This document shows positions 17,156 through 26,210 of a stretch of 26,939 bases of DNA, in pieces. The stretch is taken from the NCBI GenBank assembly GCA_031416315.1, contig JANOTL010000005.1, positions 1 through 26,939 of the forward strand, in the 5' to 3' direction. How positions within the stretch are numbered: position 1 is the stretch's first letter; each line of letters opens with the position of its first letter. The notes under the pieces are model-generated. The model saw only the letters and a list, made by a program, of their open reading frames with translations. It had not been told where the DNA came from and did not search any database. The stretch is from Pseudomonadota bacterium. GTDB lineage: Bacteria; Bdellovibrionota_B; Oligoflexia; Oligoflexales; CAIYRB01. Made by a program: the position numbers and the translations under genes.

Positions 17156-18549
17156 AGCCCCGCGCCGTCCTCGCCTCCGTCCAGCTCACCGGCGTCAGCG
17201 ACGAAGACCACGAAGCCTCCCTCGCCGAGCTCGGCCGCCTCGTCCACACCCTGGGCTACGAGGTGATCGGCACGGTGACGCAAAAACGCGCCACGCCCGC
17301 CGCCGACGCGGTCCTCGGCGAAGGCAAACTGAAGGAGCTGGCGGCCTATACCGGCGGCAAGGGCATCGTGACGAAGAACGTCCCGCGTCGAATCCAGAAG
17401 AAGGACTTAGGCAAGGACGAGGACGAAGGCAAAAGCGCCGACCAGCTGGCGCGCGAGGCTTTCGCCCAGGTACGCGAGGAAGAGGACGCGGCGAAGCTAC
17501 CGCAGATTCCCGAGGACCGCCGCGCGACGTTCGTCATCATAGACAACGAGGTGTCGCCGACGCAGCTGAAGAACCTCGAGGTCGCGACCGAAGTCGAGGT
17601 CATGGATCGCGCCGGCGTCATCGTCGAGATCTTCCATCGCCACGCGAAGACCCGTGAGGCCCGCTTGCAAGTCGAGATCGCGCGGCTGCGTTACCTGGCG
17701 CCGCGGCTGCGCCTGACGCGCAAAGCGAGCGAGCGGCAGGGCTCCGGCGTCGGCGCCAAGGGCGTCGGCGAGACCGCGCACGAGCTCGACAAGCGCCGCA
17801 TCCGCGACCGCATCGCGGAGCTCGGCAAGGAGCTCGAGGAGATCGCGAAGAGCGCCTCGGAGCGCCGGACGCGGCGCGCGGATCAGCTGAAGGTCGCCCT
17901 CGTCGGCTACACCAACGCGGGAAAATCCTCGCTGATGAAGGCGCTCACGGGGAGCGAGGTCTTGGTCCAAGACAAGCTCTTCGCGACCTTGGACACGACG
18001 ATCCGCGTGATGGTGCCCGAGACGACGCCCAAGGTCTTGGTCTCCGACACGGTCGGTTTCATCAAAAAGCTGCCGCACGATCTGGTCGCGTCTTTCCGCT
18101 CGACCCTGGACGAAGCCGCCGACGCCACGCTCCTCCTGTACGTCGCCGACGCCTCCGACAAGACGTTTCGCTCCCAGCTCGAGGTGACGCGCGAGGTGAC
18201 CCACGAGATCGGCGCGCGCGAAGTGCCCTCGCGCCTGATCTTGAACAAGGCCGACCGCCTGACGCCGGAGGAGGCTTTGGCCCTGCGCCGCGAGTTCCCC
18301 GACGCCATCCTGATGTCGACGCATGCCGAGGCCGACGTCGAGCGCCTGAAGCGCCTGATCCACGACGAGTTCGAGCGCGGCATGCAGGAAGACGTGATCT
18401 TCATCCCGTACGCCCAAAGCGGGCTGATCGGCGAGATCCGGCGCAGCGTGCAGGTTCTCGCCGAGGACGCCGACGAAGCCGGGATGAAAGTCAGAATTCG
18501 CGGTTTACCTGCGGATGTGGCGCGGCTGAAGCAGCGCCTTGGGCCTTGA
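17152..18549 (+). CDS. hflX: GTPase HflX (465 aa)
   Basis: GEGK, 'PTQLKNLE', 'DR..VI.EIF..HA.T.EA.LQVE.A', VALVGYTNAGKSS, LFATLDTT, DTVGF, NKAD; ATGA overlap with tatC. Confidence 0.96.
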   Translation: MKPRAVLASVQLTGVSDEDHEASLAELGRLVHTLGYEVIGTVTQKRATPAADAVLGEGKLKELAAYTGGKGIVTKNVPRRIQKKDLGKDEDEGKSADQLAREAFAQVREEEDAAKLPQIPEDRRATFVIIDNEVSPTQLKNLEVATEVEVMDRAGVIVEIFHRHAKTREARLQVEIARLRYLAPRLRLTRKASERQGSGVGAKGVGETAHELDKRRIRDRIAELGKELEEIAKSASERRTRRADQLKVALVGYTNAGKSSLMKALTGSEVLVQDKLFATLDTTIRVMVPETTPKVLVSDTVGFIKKLPHDLVASFRSTLDEAADATLLLYVADASDKTFRSQLEVTREVTHEIGAREVPSRLILNKADRLTPEEALALRREFPDAILMSTHAEADVERLKRLIHDEFERGMQEDVIFIPYAQSGLIGEIRRSVQVLAEDADEAGMKVRIRGLPADVARLKQRLGP

Positions 18550-18609
18550 GCCCTCCGCAGGAAGCCAGAAAAACAGGCACGCAGGCAGCGGCGAAGGGAG
18601 CGGCGACGA

Positions 18610-19098
18610 TCAATGGTCGTGCGCGTGTCCGTGAGCGCCGTGCGCGTGCCCGTGCTGCAGCTCTTCCGGAGTCGCGGTGCGGATGCCTAGGACCTCGACA
18701 TCGAAGTGAAGGGTGACCCCGGCGAGCGGGTGGTTGCCGTCGAGCTCGACCTCCTCGGGCGTGACGTCGATGATCGTATAGACGACCGGCTGGTCCTCGC
18801 CGACGTCGGCGGCGAACTGCATGCCGACCTTGAGCTCCTGGCTCTTGGGAAACTGCGTGCGCTTCGCTTTCGTGCGCAGGCCGGCCTCGACCTCGCCGTA
18901 GCCGTCGGACGGCGGGATGACGATCTGCTTTTTCGTGCCCACGAGCGCGCCGGTCAGCGCTTTTTCGAGACCCGGAATGATCTGGCCCGTGCCGTGCAAA
19001 TAATGGAACGGCTCGGCTTGGTCGGCGCGGTCGAGCTCGGTGCCTTTCGGATCGGTCAGGCGGTAGCTCAGGGTGACCACGGTGCCTTCTTTGATCAT
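18610..19098 (-). CDS. slyD: FKBP-type peptidyl-prolyl isomerase SlyD with a His-rich tail (162 aa)
   Basis: YLHGTGQIIPGLEKAL, DGYG, DGNHPLAG, 'R.AT.EEL.HGHAHGAHGHAHDH'; ATG19098 preferred over the track start. Confidence 0.94.
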   Translation of the reverse strand: MIKEGTVVTLSYRLTDPKGTELDRADQAEPFHYLHGTGQIIPGLEKALTGALVGTKKQIVIPPSDGYGEVEAGLRTKAKRTQFPKSQELKVGMQFAADVGEDQPVVYTIIDVTPEEVELDGNHPLAGVTLHFDVEVLGIRTATPEELQHGHAHGAHGHAHDH

Positions 19099-19194
19099 AA
19101 ATGAGGGTCCTTCGCGGATGAGTTGAAGGAACAACTCTATTCGATCCCCGCACAAAAGGCATCATTGACGGAGTGAATATCGCACATTTCGATG

Positions 19195-19229
19195 ATTGAT
19201 TTTGTCAATATAACGAGCTGCCCTAAAGT
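19195..19229 (+). promoter_or_regulatory. Putative promoter with an overlapping palindrome upstream of the MBL hydrolase
   Basis: TTGTCA (19202-19207), 16 nt, TAAAGT (19224-19229); ATTGA-N5-TCAAT (19195-19209) overlaps the -35. Confidence 0.4.
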
Positions 19230-19289
19230 GGGTTTCACCGGCGGGCTGCATGCTCACCGCAACAACCCGAAGTCCTAGGAGAATCGCCC

Positions 19290-20153
19290 ATGAAAAGTTA
19301 CCCCCGCATCGCCCTCGCCCTCGGCCTCGCCCTGTTCGCTTCCGCCAGCCACGGCGCCGACGTCACGGTGTTCACCGCGAACGAGGCCGGCTTTCATGCT
19401 ACTTCGACCTTGATCTCGGGGAAGACCGAGGCCGTCCTCGTCGACGCGCAGTTCACCCGCAGCGAAGCGCGAAAGCTCGCCGCGACGATCAAGAAGTCCG
19501 GCAAGAAGCTGACGACCGTCTTCATCACGCACGCGCACCCCGACCACCACTTCGGCCTCGAGGTCATCCTGAAGGAGTTCCCGACCGCGAAGGCCGTGAC
19601 GCTCCCGGAAGTGATCACCGAGCTCAAGGCGATCTCGCCGGGCAAGCTTGCCTACTGGAAGGGCATCTACAAAGACGACCTCGCCGACGCCTTCATCGTT
19701 CCACAGGCTCTGACCAAGCCGGAGATCATCCTGGAAGGTGAGACGCTGAAGATCGTGACGCTGAAGGAGGGTGAATCCGAAGCCGCCGGCGTCGTGTACG
19801 TTCCTTCGGCAAAGACCCTGATCGCTGGCGACGTGATCTTCAACGGCGTGCACCTGTGGCTCGCGGAAGGCCGTCCCGACAGCTGGCTCGCGAACCTGAA
19901 GAAGCTGAAAGACGTCGGCCCGATCGACCGCATCGTCTCCGGCCATCAGAAGACGGAGGCCGTGACGGGCGCCGAGCTGATCGGCGTGAATGAAGCGTAC
20001 ATCAAGGACTTCCAGGCGATCCTGGCGGATGCGAAGGCGAAGAAGGAGGGTCCGGAGGCGGCGATCGCTAGGATTACGGCGAAGTATCCGGAGTATGCGT
20101 TGCCGGTGATTGCGGAGATCGCGTTTCAAGCTTTGATGGCTGGTCCCAAGTAA
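19290..20153 (+). CDS. Secreted MBL-fold metallo-hydrolase (287 aa)
   Basis: SD AGGAG; signal peptide; 'LVDAQF', THAHPDH (HxHxDH), 'AGDVIFNGVH.W', 'IVSGH'. Confidence 0.92.
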   Translation: MKSYPRIALALGLALFASASHGADVTVFTANEAGFHATSTLISGKTEAVLVDAQFTRSEARKLAATIKKSGKKLTTVFITHAHPDHHFGLEVILKEFPTAKAVTLPEVITELKAISPGKLAYWKGIYKDDLADAFIVPQALTKPEIILEGETLKIVTLKEGESEAAGVVYVPSAKTLIAGDVIFNGVHLWLAEGRPDSWLANLKKLKDVGPIDRIVSGHQKTEAVTGAELIGVNEAYIKDFQAILADAKAKKEGPEAAIARITAKYPEYALPVIAEIAFQALMAGPK

Positions 20154-20161
20154 GGCATTTC

Positions 20162-20222
20162 ACCGCACAGGGCGCCGAGGACGCAGAGAATCGGACTCTG
20201 CGTCCTTGGCGCTCTCTGCGGT
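20162..20222. repeat. REP-like long palindrome (27-bp arms, 7-nt loop) between convergent genes
   Basis: accgcacagggcgccgaggacgcagag-aatcgga-ctctgcgtccttggcgctctctgcggt; 24 Watson-Crick pairs, 2 G-T pairs, 1 mismatch. Confidence 0.85.
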
Positions 20223-20235
20223 AAAAAGACCTCAT

Positions 20236-20868
20236 TCAGTCGCAAAAAGCCCCATAATCCGTAATCGTCCCCGCCGCCAGATCCACGTCGTAGTAAGTCG
20301 TCGTCTCCCCATCGATCGCTTCGACGCTGATCGCCGAGAACGCATCTCCGGTGGTGACGGTGTCGAGACGAAGCGTCGTCGTCACGCCGGCGTCGCGAAG
20401 GCGGACGCGGACGGATGCGGGGCAGCTGCCAATCTCGTTGCCGTTCTCGTAGAGGCAGTCGCCGGTGTCCCAGCCGTTCTCGCGGAAATAGTTGCCGTTC
20501 GGATAGAGGAGCGCGCCGTCGTCCCAGCCGTTGGCGCGCACGAAGGCGCCGCTCGGATAGAGGAGCGCGCCGTCGTCCCAGCCGTTGGCACGGACGTAGC
20601 TGCCGTTCGGGAACAAGACGGCGCCGTCATCCCAGCCGTTTTTGCGCACGTAACTGCCGTCCGGATACAGAAGCGCGCCGTTGTCCCAGCCGTTCGCGCG
20701 GACGTAGTTGCCGTTAGGATAGAGGGGCGCGCCGTTGTCCCATCCGTTGGCACGCATGTACTGACCGTTGCAATAGCGCGGCGAATCTTGAACCTTGGAC
20801 ATCGCGGCCGGAACGACGCTGCAGCCGGCGAAGATTGCGGCGGCGAGAACCGTGGCAATGTGACGCAT
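20236..20868 (-). CDS. Exported protein/possible lipoprotein with six 18-aa tandem repeats (210 aa)
   Basis: Signal with FAG-C16; repeat consensus NGxYVRANGWDxGALLYP; beta-rich C-terminal domain; SD GGAG upstream. Confidence 0.85.
   Translation of the reverse strand: MRHIATVLAAAIFAGCSVVPAAMSKVQDSPRYCNGQYMRANGWDNGAPLYPNGNYVRANGWDNGALLYPDGSYVRKNGWDDGAVLFPNGSYVRANGWDDGALLYPSGAFVRANGWDDGALLYPNGNYFRENGWDTGDCLYENGNEIGSCPASVRVRLRDAGVTTTLRLDTVTTGDAFSAISVEAIDGETTTYYDVDLAAGTITDYGAFCD
20446..20769 (-). repeat. Coding tandem repeat, 6 x 54 nt
   Basis: Recurrent + strand core gcgcgccgt(c/t)gtcccagccgtt at a 54-nt period, in frame. Confidence 0.92.
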
Positions 20869-20931
20869 GTGAGATCTCCAGATTGTGCGTGATGGGGGTT
20901 AACCGCCATCTACCACAATCTCAGGATACCG

Positions 20932-21396
20932 TCACTCCTCGTACCCGCCGAGCAGCTCACCATCGCGCTGCCGACCCGGATAATTCAGGATCACGTCGTC
21001 CTCGAGCAGCTTCATCAGATGAAGCTTGTCGTTCAGCGGTACTTCACGCGAGTGGAGAAGCTTCTCCAGCTTGCCGTCCTCGCGACGAAGGAGCTCCTTC
21101 GTGAACAAGTCGAGGAATCGGTTGGCGGGGGAATCCTCTCCGAGCACGTTGTGCGACCAGAGTTGCTCCAGGCGGATCGCCTCCCGAAGGTGCAGGTAGG
21201 TCTTCACGACCTCGCCGTCCTTCTTCGCTTTCTCGGCGACGCGCAAAAGGCCGACCAAGCGGCGTTCTTGGGTCGCGCTCAGCTTCACGCCCCAGCGAGG
21301 CGTGACCTCGGCTTCGGCCCGTGCCGCAAGCGCACCGCTCACGAGGCCCAGGGCGACGGTGAAAACCCGAACGAGGACGGCGGCTTTCCCGATCAT
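20932..21396 (-). CDS. Secreted helical hypothetical protein (154 aa)
   Basis: Signal peptide ending ARA/AEA; SD GGAG; charged amphipathic helices. Confidence 0.7.
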   Translation of the reverse strand: MIGKAAVLVRVFTVALGLVSGALAARAEAEVTPRWGVKLSATQERRLVGLLRVAEKAKKDGEVVKTYLHLREAIRLEQLWSHNVLGEDSPANRFLDLFTKELLRREDGKLEKLLHSREVPLNDKLHLMKLLEDDVILNYPGRQRDGELLGGYEE

Positions 21397-21444
21397 GCGC
21401 AGGATCTCCCGTGGCGAGGCGTCACACTCTTATGGTACCTCAGG

Positions 21445-21473
21445 TTGCCATGAGACCCCCATGAGGCTATAGA
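21445..21473 (+). promoter_or_regulatory. Putative sigma70 promoter for the RNA methyltransferase operon
   Basis: TTGCCA, 17 nt, TATAGA; ATG21483 is 9 nt downstream; no SD. Confidence 0.45.
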
Positions 21474-21482
21474 CGGCGTCCC

Positions 21483-22286
21483 ATGCCGCGCGACCAAACC
21501 CCACCGCAAGCCTCGAAAAAGCAAGGACTTCAGCCAGACGAGCAGAAGTTCTACGGGGTGCATGCGTGCCAGGCGCTCTTCCAGAGGCGCCCTGACGACA
21601 TCGTCCGCGTCTATCTGACGGAAGACCGCGTCAAGGTCTTCGGGCCGCTGCTCAAGCAGTGCGCGCGCGACCGCAAGGCCTACCACATCGTCACGCCCGA
21701 AGACATGGAGCGCATCGCCGCCTCCGTGCATCACGAAGGCATCGTCATCCTCGCGAAGAAGCCCGAGCGCTGGAACGACCGCCGCCTGATTGCGCACGCC
21801 GAGAAGGTCATGGCCGACAAGGACGGCCGCGACGCCCTGCTCTACCTCGACGGCGTGCAGAACCCCCACAACGTGGGCGCGATCCTGCGCCTCGCCGCGC
21901 ACTTCGGCGCCTCGGCCGTTTGCGGCCGTACGCAGGAGCTCCCGGCCCTCGCGCCCTCGTCGTACCGCGTTGCCGAGGGCGGCGCCGAGCACGTGCCGCT
22001 CTGCGAGCTTGGCGCCGCCGAAGGCACGCTGCGCGATTTGAAGCGCCTAGGCTATAAGCTCCTCACCACCTCGAGCCACGCCGGCGAGTCGCTGTTCGCG
22101 AGGCCCATGCCGCGGCACGTCGTGCTCGTGCTCGGCGGCGAGGTGAGCGGCATCACCAAGAAGCTCGAATCGCTCGCCGACGGCCTTCTGACCATTCCCG
22201 GCACCGGTAACGTCGAGAGCTTGAACGTCGCCGGCGCGGCCTCGATCCTGCTCGCCGAGTTCTGGCGCGGCGGCGTGAAGAAGTGA
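21483..22286 (+). CDS. TrmH/SpoU family (SPOUT) RNA methyltransferase, YfiF-like
   Basis: YGVHAC, HHEG, LDGVQNPHNVGAILR.AAHFG, RVAEGG, LVLGGE..G, IPGTGNVESLNVA. Confidence 0.94.
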   Translation: MPRDQTPPQASKKQGLQPDEQKFYGVHACQALFQRRPDDIVRVYLTEDRVKVFGPLLKQCARDRKAYHIVTPEDMERIAASVHHEGIVILAKKPERWNDRRLIAHAEKVMADKDGRDALLYLDGVQNPHNVGAILRLAAHFGASAVCGRTQELPALAPSSYRVAEGGAEHVPLCELGAAEGTLRDLKRLGYKLLTTSSHAGESLFARPMPRHVVLVLGGEVSGITKKLESLADGLLTIPGTGNVESLNVAGAASILLAEFWRGGVKK

Positions 22287-23179
22287 CGACCGCCTATCTC
22301 GCGGCCGAGGGCTTCACCGAGCAGCTCCTCGGCGACTTGCGCCACGTCGAGGCGGTGCACGGTAGGCTCGTCGTGGCGCACGGCAAGCCGCAGACCGCGC
22401 CCTGGGCGCAGAACGTCTGGCTCGAGCCACGGCCTTACAAGGTGAAGTCGATCAAAGATGCGGCAAAGATTCTGCGCGCGATGCAGCGCAGCTGGTGGCC
22501 CTACGCGACGCAGCTTCATCGGCGCACGGAGCTGATTCAAGCGGAGTTGCCGCACGTCTCGGCGAAGCCCCTCCCCTTTCCAGCACCGCCGCCGCCTTAT
22601 CCGCTCGGCGCGTGGATGCTCCTCGACGAAAAGACGATGCTCGCGTCGCCGCGCTGCAGCTCACCTTTTCCAAACGGCAGCCCGAGCTTCGTGGAGTTCA
22701 AGGAAGGCCCGCCGAGTCGCGCCTACCTCAAGCTCTTCGAAGCGCTAACGCGGCTCGGAAAGATGCCTGGCCCCGGCGATCGATGTCTGGAGCTGGGCGC
22801 GAGCCCGGGCGGTTGGACCTGGGTCCTCGCGCGGCTTGGCCCCGAGGTCGTCACCTTCGACCGCGCGCCGCTGGATCCCGCGGTCGCAGCGATGCCGGGC
22901 GTCGAGCATCATCTCGGGGACGCCTTCCTGGCGAAGCCCGAAACGATCGGGCCGATCGACTGGCTCTTCTCCGACGTCATCTGCTACCCGGAGAAGCTCT
23001 ACGACTTTGTGCGCCTGTGGCTCGACGCGGGGCTCTGCAAGAACTTCGTCTGCACGCTGAAATTTCAGGGCTCGGAGCACTACGGCGTCATCCCGCGGTT
23101 TCTCGCGATCCCCGGCGCCGAGGTGTTTCACCTGTCAGCCAACAAGCACGAGCTGACGTTCGCGCTCACAGCGCCGTGA
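22283..23179 (+). CDS. RlmM/FtsJ-like SAM-dependent RNA 2'-O-methyltransferase (298 aa)
   Basis: PSRAYLKL.EA, LELGASPGGWT, WLFSDVICYP, TLKF; GTGA overlap with the upstream gene. Confidence 0.87.
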   Translation: MTTAYLAAEGFTEQLLGDLRHVEAVHGRLVVAHGKPQTAPWAQNVWLEPRPYKVKSIKDAAKILRAMQRSWWPYATQLHRRTELIQAELPHVSAKPLPFPAPPPPYPLGAWMLLDEKTMLASPRCSSPFPNGSPSFVEFKEGPPSRAYLKLFEALTRLGKMPGPGDRCLELGASPGGWTWVLARLGPEVVTFDRAPLDPAVAAMPGVEHHLGDAFLAKPETIGPIDWLFSDVICYPEKLYDFVRLWLDAGLCKNFVCTLKFQGSEHYGVIPRFLAIPGAEVFHLSANKHELTFALTAP

Positions 23180-24857
23180 TGCCGGTCCGCAAGGCCATGA
23201 TCATCGTCTCGCGGTCGAGCTCCTCCTCGACCGTCTTCATGCTGGGCGCAGGCGGCATGGTCTTCGCCTCGAGGCGTTCCAGGACCTTCTTGTTGGCGCG
23301 GAGCGCCTTCCAGACGGCGTCGTCGTTCTGGTCTTTCAAGAAGTCGAGGTTCGCGGCGCCGGTGTCGCTATGGCAACTCTCGCAGTAGCTGCGGAAAAGG
23401 CCGACGACGGTGCCGTTGGCGCGATCTACGGCGCGCGCGGCGGCCGACTGCGCCAAGTGCGGGTCGGGGAGCTTCTTCGCGCCCGGAAAGCAGGCGTCGA
23501 CGGCGTCGGCCTCCCCTGTCTTGCCGTAGGCGCGGAAAACGCCGCTCAGAAAGGCTCGGCGCGACAGCGGCGCCTCGGCGAAAAGGGGCGCCAGCGCTGG
23601 ATCGTCCAGCTTGGCGCGCCAGCCTTCGCCGGCACCGGCGACGGCGGCTTTGACGGCAGCCGCCTCCGCTTTGCTGAGGAAGAGTTCGTGATCGCCTTTC
23701 AAGAAGGTGGCGACGGAGAGGGCGGAGGTGTCGCCCGCGAACTTGCCGAAGACGGGGCAGTAGGTGCCGCCCTCCTTCGGGAACTCGCTCTCCGGCGACG
23801 CCGTCGCCTTGATGACGACAAAGGGCTTGCGGCGCGTGAGCGGATCTTCCTCGGCGCGCGAGAATCGCGTTGCGGGCTCCGGCTGACGGTCTTCGATGTT
23901 GCGGTTCGGCAGGCCGATGCCGGCCTCGGGCCAAACGGCGCGCGTCGCAGCGAGCGCCGCGACGGCTTCAGGGCCCTCGAGCTTCAGATTGGTGAACTTG
24001 CAGCCGCCGCGCACGCTCCCGGCGAGGGCCAAGGTCAGGAGCGCTTTGCGGCAGGCGCCGCCGGGCTCACCGGCGCCGCAGCCTTTGGTCCAGAGCTGGG
24101 ATGCGCCCAAGAGCTCGCTCGAGCGCTGAACGTGGCCGTCGTAGCTCGAGGCCGAGGCTTCCTCGTTCGACACGGGAACACCGTAGAGGGTCTTCGCACC
24201 GGGATGGTGCTTTCTGACCTCCTCGGTGACGAGCTCGGGATAGACCTCGCCCTGCTCGGCGGGGCCGTTGGTCTCTTGCCATGGCGGGAACGAGAAGATC
24301 GGGGAACCGCCCTGGTGGCAACTCGTGCAGAGCGCGCGCGGCGCGTAGAGAAGCTTCGCGGTCGGCTTCGAGAAGTCCTTCACGAGCTGGAACTCGAAGC
24401 GGGCCGCGGCGTCGTTGTAGCTGATGATCTCCAACGTATCGGTGCGCTCGGCGAAACCGAGGTAGAGGCGGTCGGTGTGCGCGGAGAGGCAGTCTTTCGC
24501 TAGCTTCACGTTGGAGGCGGCAAGGATCGCACGCGGCGCCTTCATGTCGGTCGCGCTCTTTTGCAAGGAGCGGCCGTGGGGAATCAGAAGGCCCTCGACC
24601 TCGGCCCCGTACTTCGACGTAAGCAACGCGCTCACGTCCTCGAGCTTGCGGGGGAAGGCGGTCTCGGCGTGAAAGATCTCGTCGAAGAGGGAGCGGCCCA
24701 CGGGCGGCAGGTCTTCGAGGTCGTTCGGGATCAGCTCTGCCGTCGGCTTGGCGGGGACTTTGGCCTCGACGTCTTTCAGCTCGGCTTCGTCCGAAGGCCG
24801 TCGGGCTTTGCAGGCCAGAATCCCGAGGACTAGGGTCAAGACGACGAGACGACGCAT
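23166..24857 (-). CDS. Lipoprotein with two c-type heme motifs (563 aa)
   Basis: Lipobox ILA-C16; CTSCH (24315-24329) and CESCH (23370-23384); 'TMPP' after the second motif; SD AAGGA. Confidence 0.85.
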   Translation of the reverse strand: MRRLVVLTLVLGILACKARRPSDEAELKDVEAKVPAKPTAELIPNDLEDLPPVGRSLFDEIFHAETAFPRKLEDVSALLTSKYGAEVEGLLIPHGRSLQKSATDMKAPRAILAASNVKLAKDCLSAHTDRLYLGFAERTDTLEIISYNDAAARFEFQLVKDFSKPTAKLLYAPRALCTSCHQGGSPIFSFPPWQETNGPAEQGEVYPELVTEEVRKHHPGAKTLYGVPVSNEEASASSYDGHVQRSSELLGASQLWTKGCGAGEPGGACRKALLTLALAGSVRGGCKFTNLKLEGPEAVAALAATRAVWPEAGIGLPNRNIEDRQPEPATRFSRAEEDPLTRRKPFVVIKATASPESEFPKEGGTYCPVFGKFAGDTSALSVATFLKGDHELFLSKAEAAAVKAAVAGAGEGWRAKLDDPALAPLFAEAPLSRRAFLSGVFRAYGKTGEADAVDACFPGAKKLPDPHLAQSAAARAVDRANGTVVGLFRSYCESCHSDTGAANLDFLKDQNDDAVWKALRANKKVLERLEAKTMPPAPSMKTVEEELDRETMIMALRTGITAL

Positions 24858-24868
24858 CGCAGGTTCCT

Positions 24869-26167
24869 TCAGGCGGCCGGCGAAACGTCGTCGCCGTAGG
24901 CGTCGAGGAGATTTTCCCCGAAGTCGGCGAGCTGCACGTCGGCCGTATTCAAATGCTGGGAGAAGACGGAATAGCAGAGGTAAGCGGCGAGCCCTTCGCG
25001 GTTCGCGACCCAGCGCGGCAGGTAGCGAGGCGCGGCGATGAAGCCGCTCTCGACGAACGCCTCGAGCGCGACGATGTCTCCGAGTGCGACGCGGCCGATG
25101 AAGAGATGGCGCGGATAATCGATCTTGCGCATCTCGATCGCCTTGCGCAAGAACGTGTGCACGGCGACGAGGCCTTTGAGGTAGACGACGTCCTTGGTGA
25201 AGACGTAGCGGCCACGCACGTCGCCGCCGCGGAAGATGCGCGCGGCCGACTGGAAGCTCTCCTGCGGCGTCTGGCCGGCGTCGCGGAAGAAGCGGAAGAT
25301 CTGGATGAAGTCACCGCCCTCGCAGGCGAGATGAATCGCCTTGATGCGCAGCGCGATGCGGCGCAGCCGGGAGAGGTCCATGGTCGCTGTGATCAGCTCG
25401 GCGAAGGTGGCGAGCCCTTCCTGCGTGCCGGTCGTGCGCGGGGCACCGAGGCCCAAGCTCTTCAAATAGGGCTGCTTCCGGCCGTTCAGCATCGAAGCGG
25501 AGTGGACGAAGAGCTCGTGCTCGAGCAGTTGGTCGATCTCGGCCTGGGAAAAGCTGGTCAAGCCCCGTAGGCGCACGCGCTCGGAGCCGGCGGCCGCCTT
25601 CGAGGCGAGATTCGGGTCGACGACGACTTCGATCTCATGGTCCTTAAAGAACTCCTTGGCGCGCCGGCGGATCTCCTCGGCGACGGTCTCGGGCAGGATA
25701 CAGTGCCGGTCGGCGTCGTCCTCTTCGACCTGGGCGGCGGCGAAATCCGAGGTGATCTTGATGAAGTCCTCGGCCAAGTCCAAGTTCGAGAGCTTGCCCA
25801 GGCGGTCCGTGGGTCGGCCGTAGAGAGCTTCGGAGTCGGTGCGGAAGCCGGGATTTCCCATGCGCTCGAGCATACGAGCGGCGGCGACATAGCTGAGCGC
25901 GGTGGAGCGGAGGTAGCGGCCGACAGGGTGCGAGACGTCGCATTTGCGCGCGAGCGTCGTCAGCGCCTTGCGATGGTCGGTATGATCGAGCTTCGGGTAG
26001 TCGACGACCGGAAGGCGCGGATTTCCGGCATCGTAATGCTTCAGGAACTCCTCCTGCGCGCCGACCGGCCAAGCGAGCGCGCTGAGCACCTTGATCCCGC
26101 GCGCGGCGTCGACGAGCTCGCGGTCGAGGTCGGCGTAACGCTGAAGCTCCTTGGAGAGGGTGCTCAA
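24869..26167 (-). CDS. QEGLA-motif protein (DUF1704/TIGR02421), HExxxH metallopeptidase-like (432 aa)
   Basis: HELFVH, 'NG..QP', 'RTT.TQEGLATFAE', 'RIFRGG', 'FTKDVVYL.G'; TTG start uncertain. Confidence 0.92.
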   Translation of the reverse strand: MSTLSKELQRYADLDRELVDAARGIKVLSALAWPVGAQEEFLKHYDAGNPRLPVVDYPKLDHTDHRKALTTLARKCDVSHPVGRYLRSTALSYVAAARMLERMGNPGFRTDSEALYGRPTDRLGKLSNLDLAEDFIKITSDFAAAQVEEDDADRHCILPETVAEEIRRRAKEFFKDHEIEVVVDPNLASKAAAGSERVRLRGLTSFSQAEIDQLLEHELFVHSASMLNGRKQPYLKSLGLGAPRTTGTQEGLATFAELITATMDLSRLRRIALRIKAIHLACEGGDFIQIFRFFRDAGQTPQESFQSAARIFRGGDVRGRYVFTKDVVYLKGLVAVHTFLRKAIEMRKIDYPRHLFIGRVALGDIVALEAFVESGFIAAPRYLPRWVANREGLAAYLCYSVFSQHLNTADVQLADFGENLLDAYGDDVSPAA

Positions 26168-26210
26168 GGAAGACTCGAAGGCTGGGGCGTCGATGGGGAG
26201 GGATTGCCTT

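Noticed and set aside
19290..20153. Calling the MBL-fold protein an antibiotic-resistance beta-lactamase
   Set aside because: HxHxDH is shared across the whole superfamily; substrate cannot be inferred from sequence alone
20446..20769. Possible CRISPR-like array
   Set aside because: Contiguous in-frame 54-nt units with no unique spacers, codon-type variation and no cas genes
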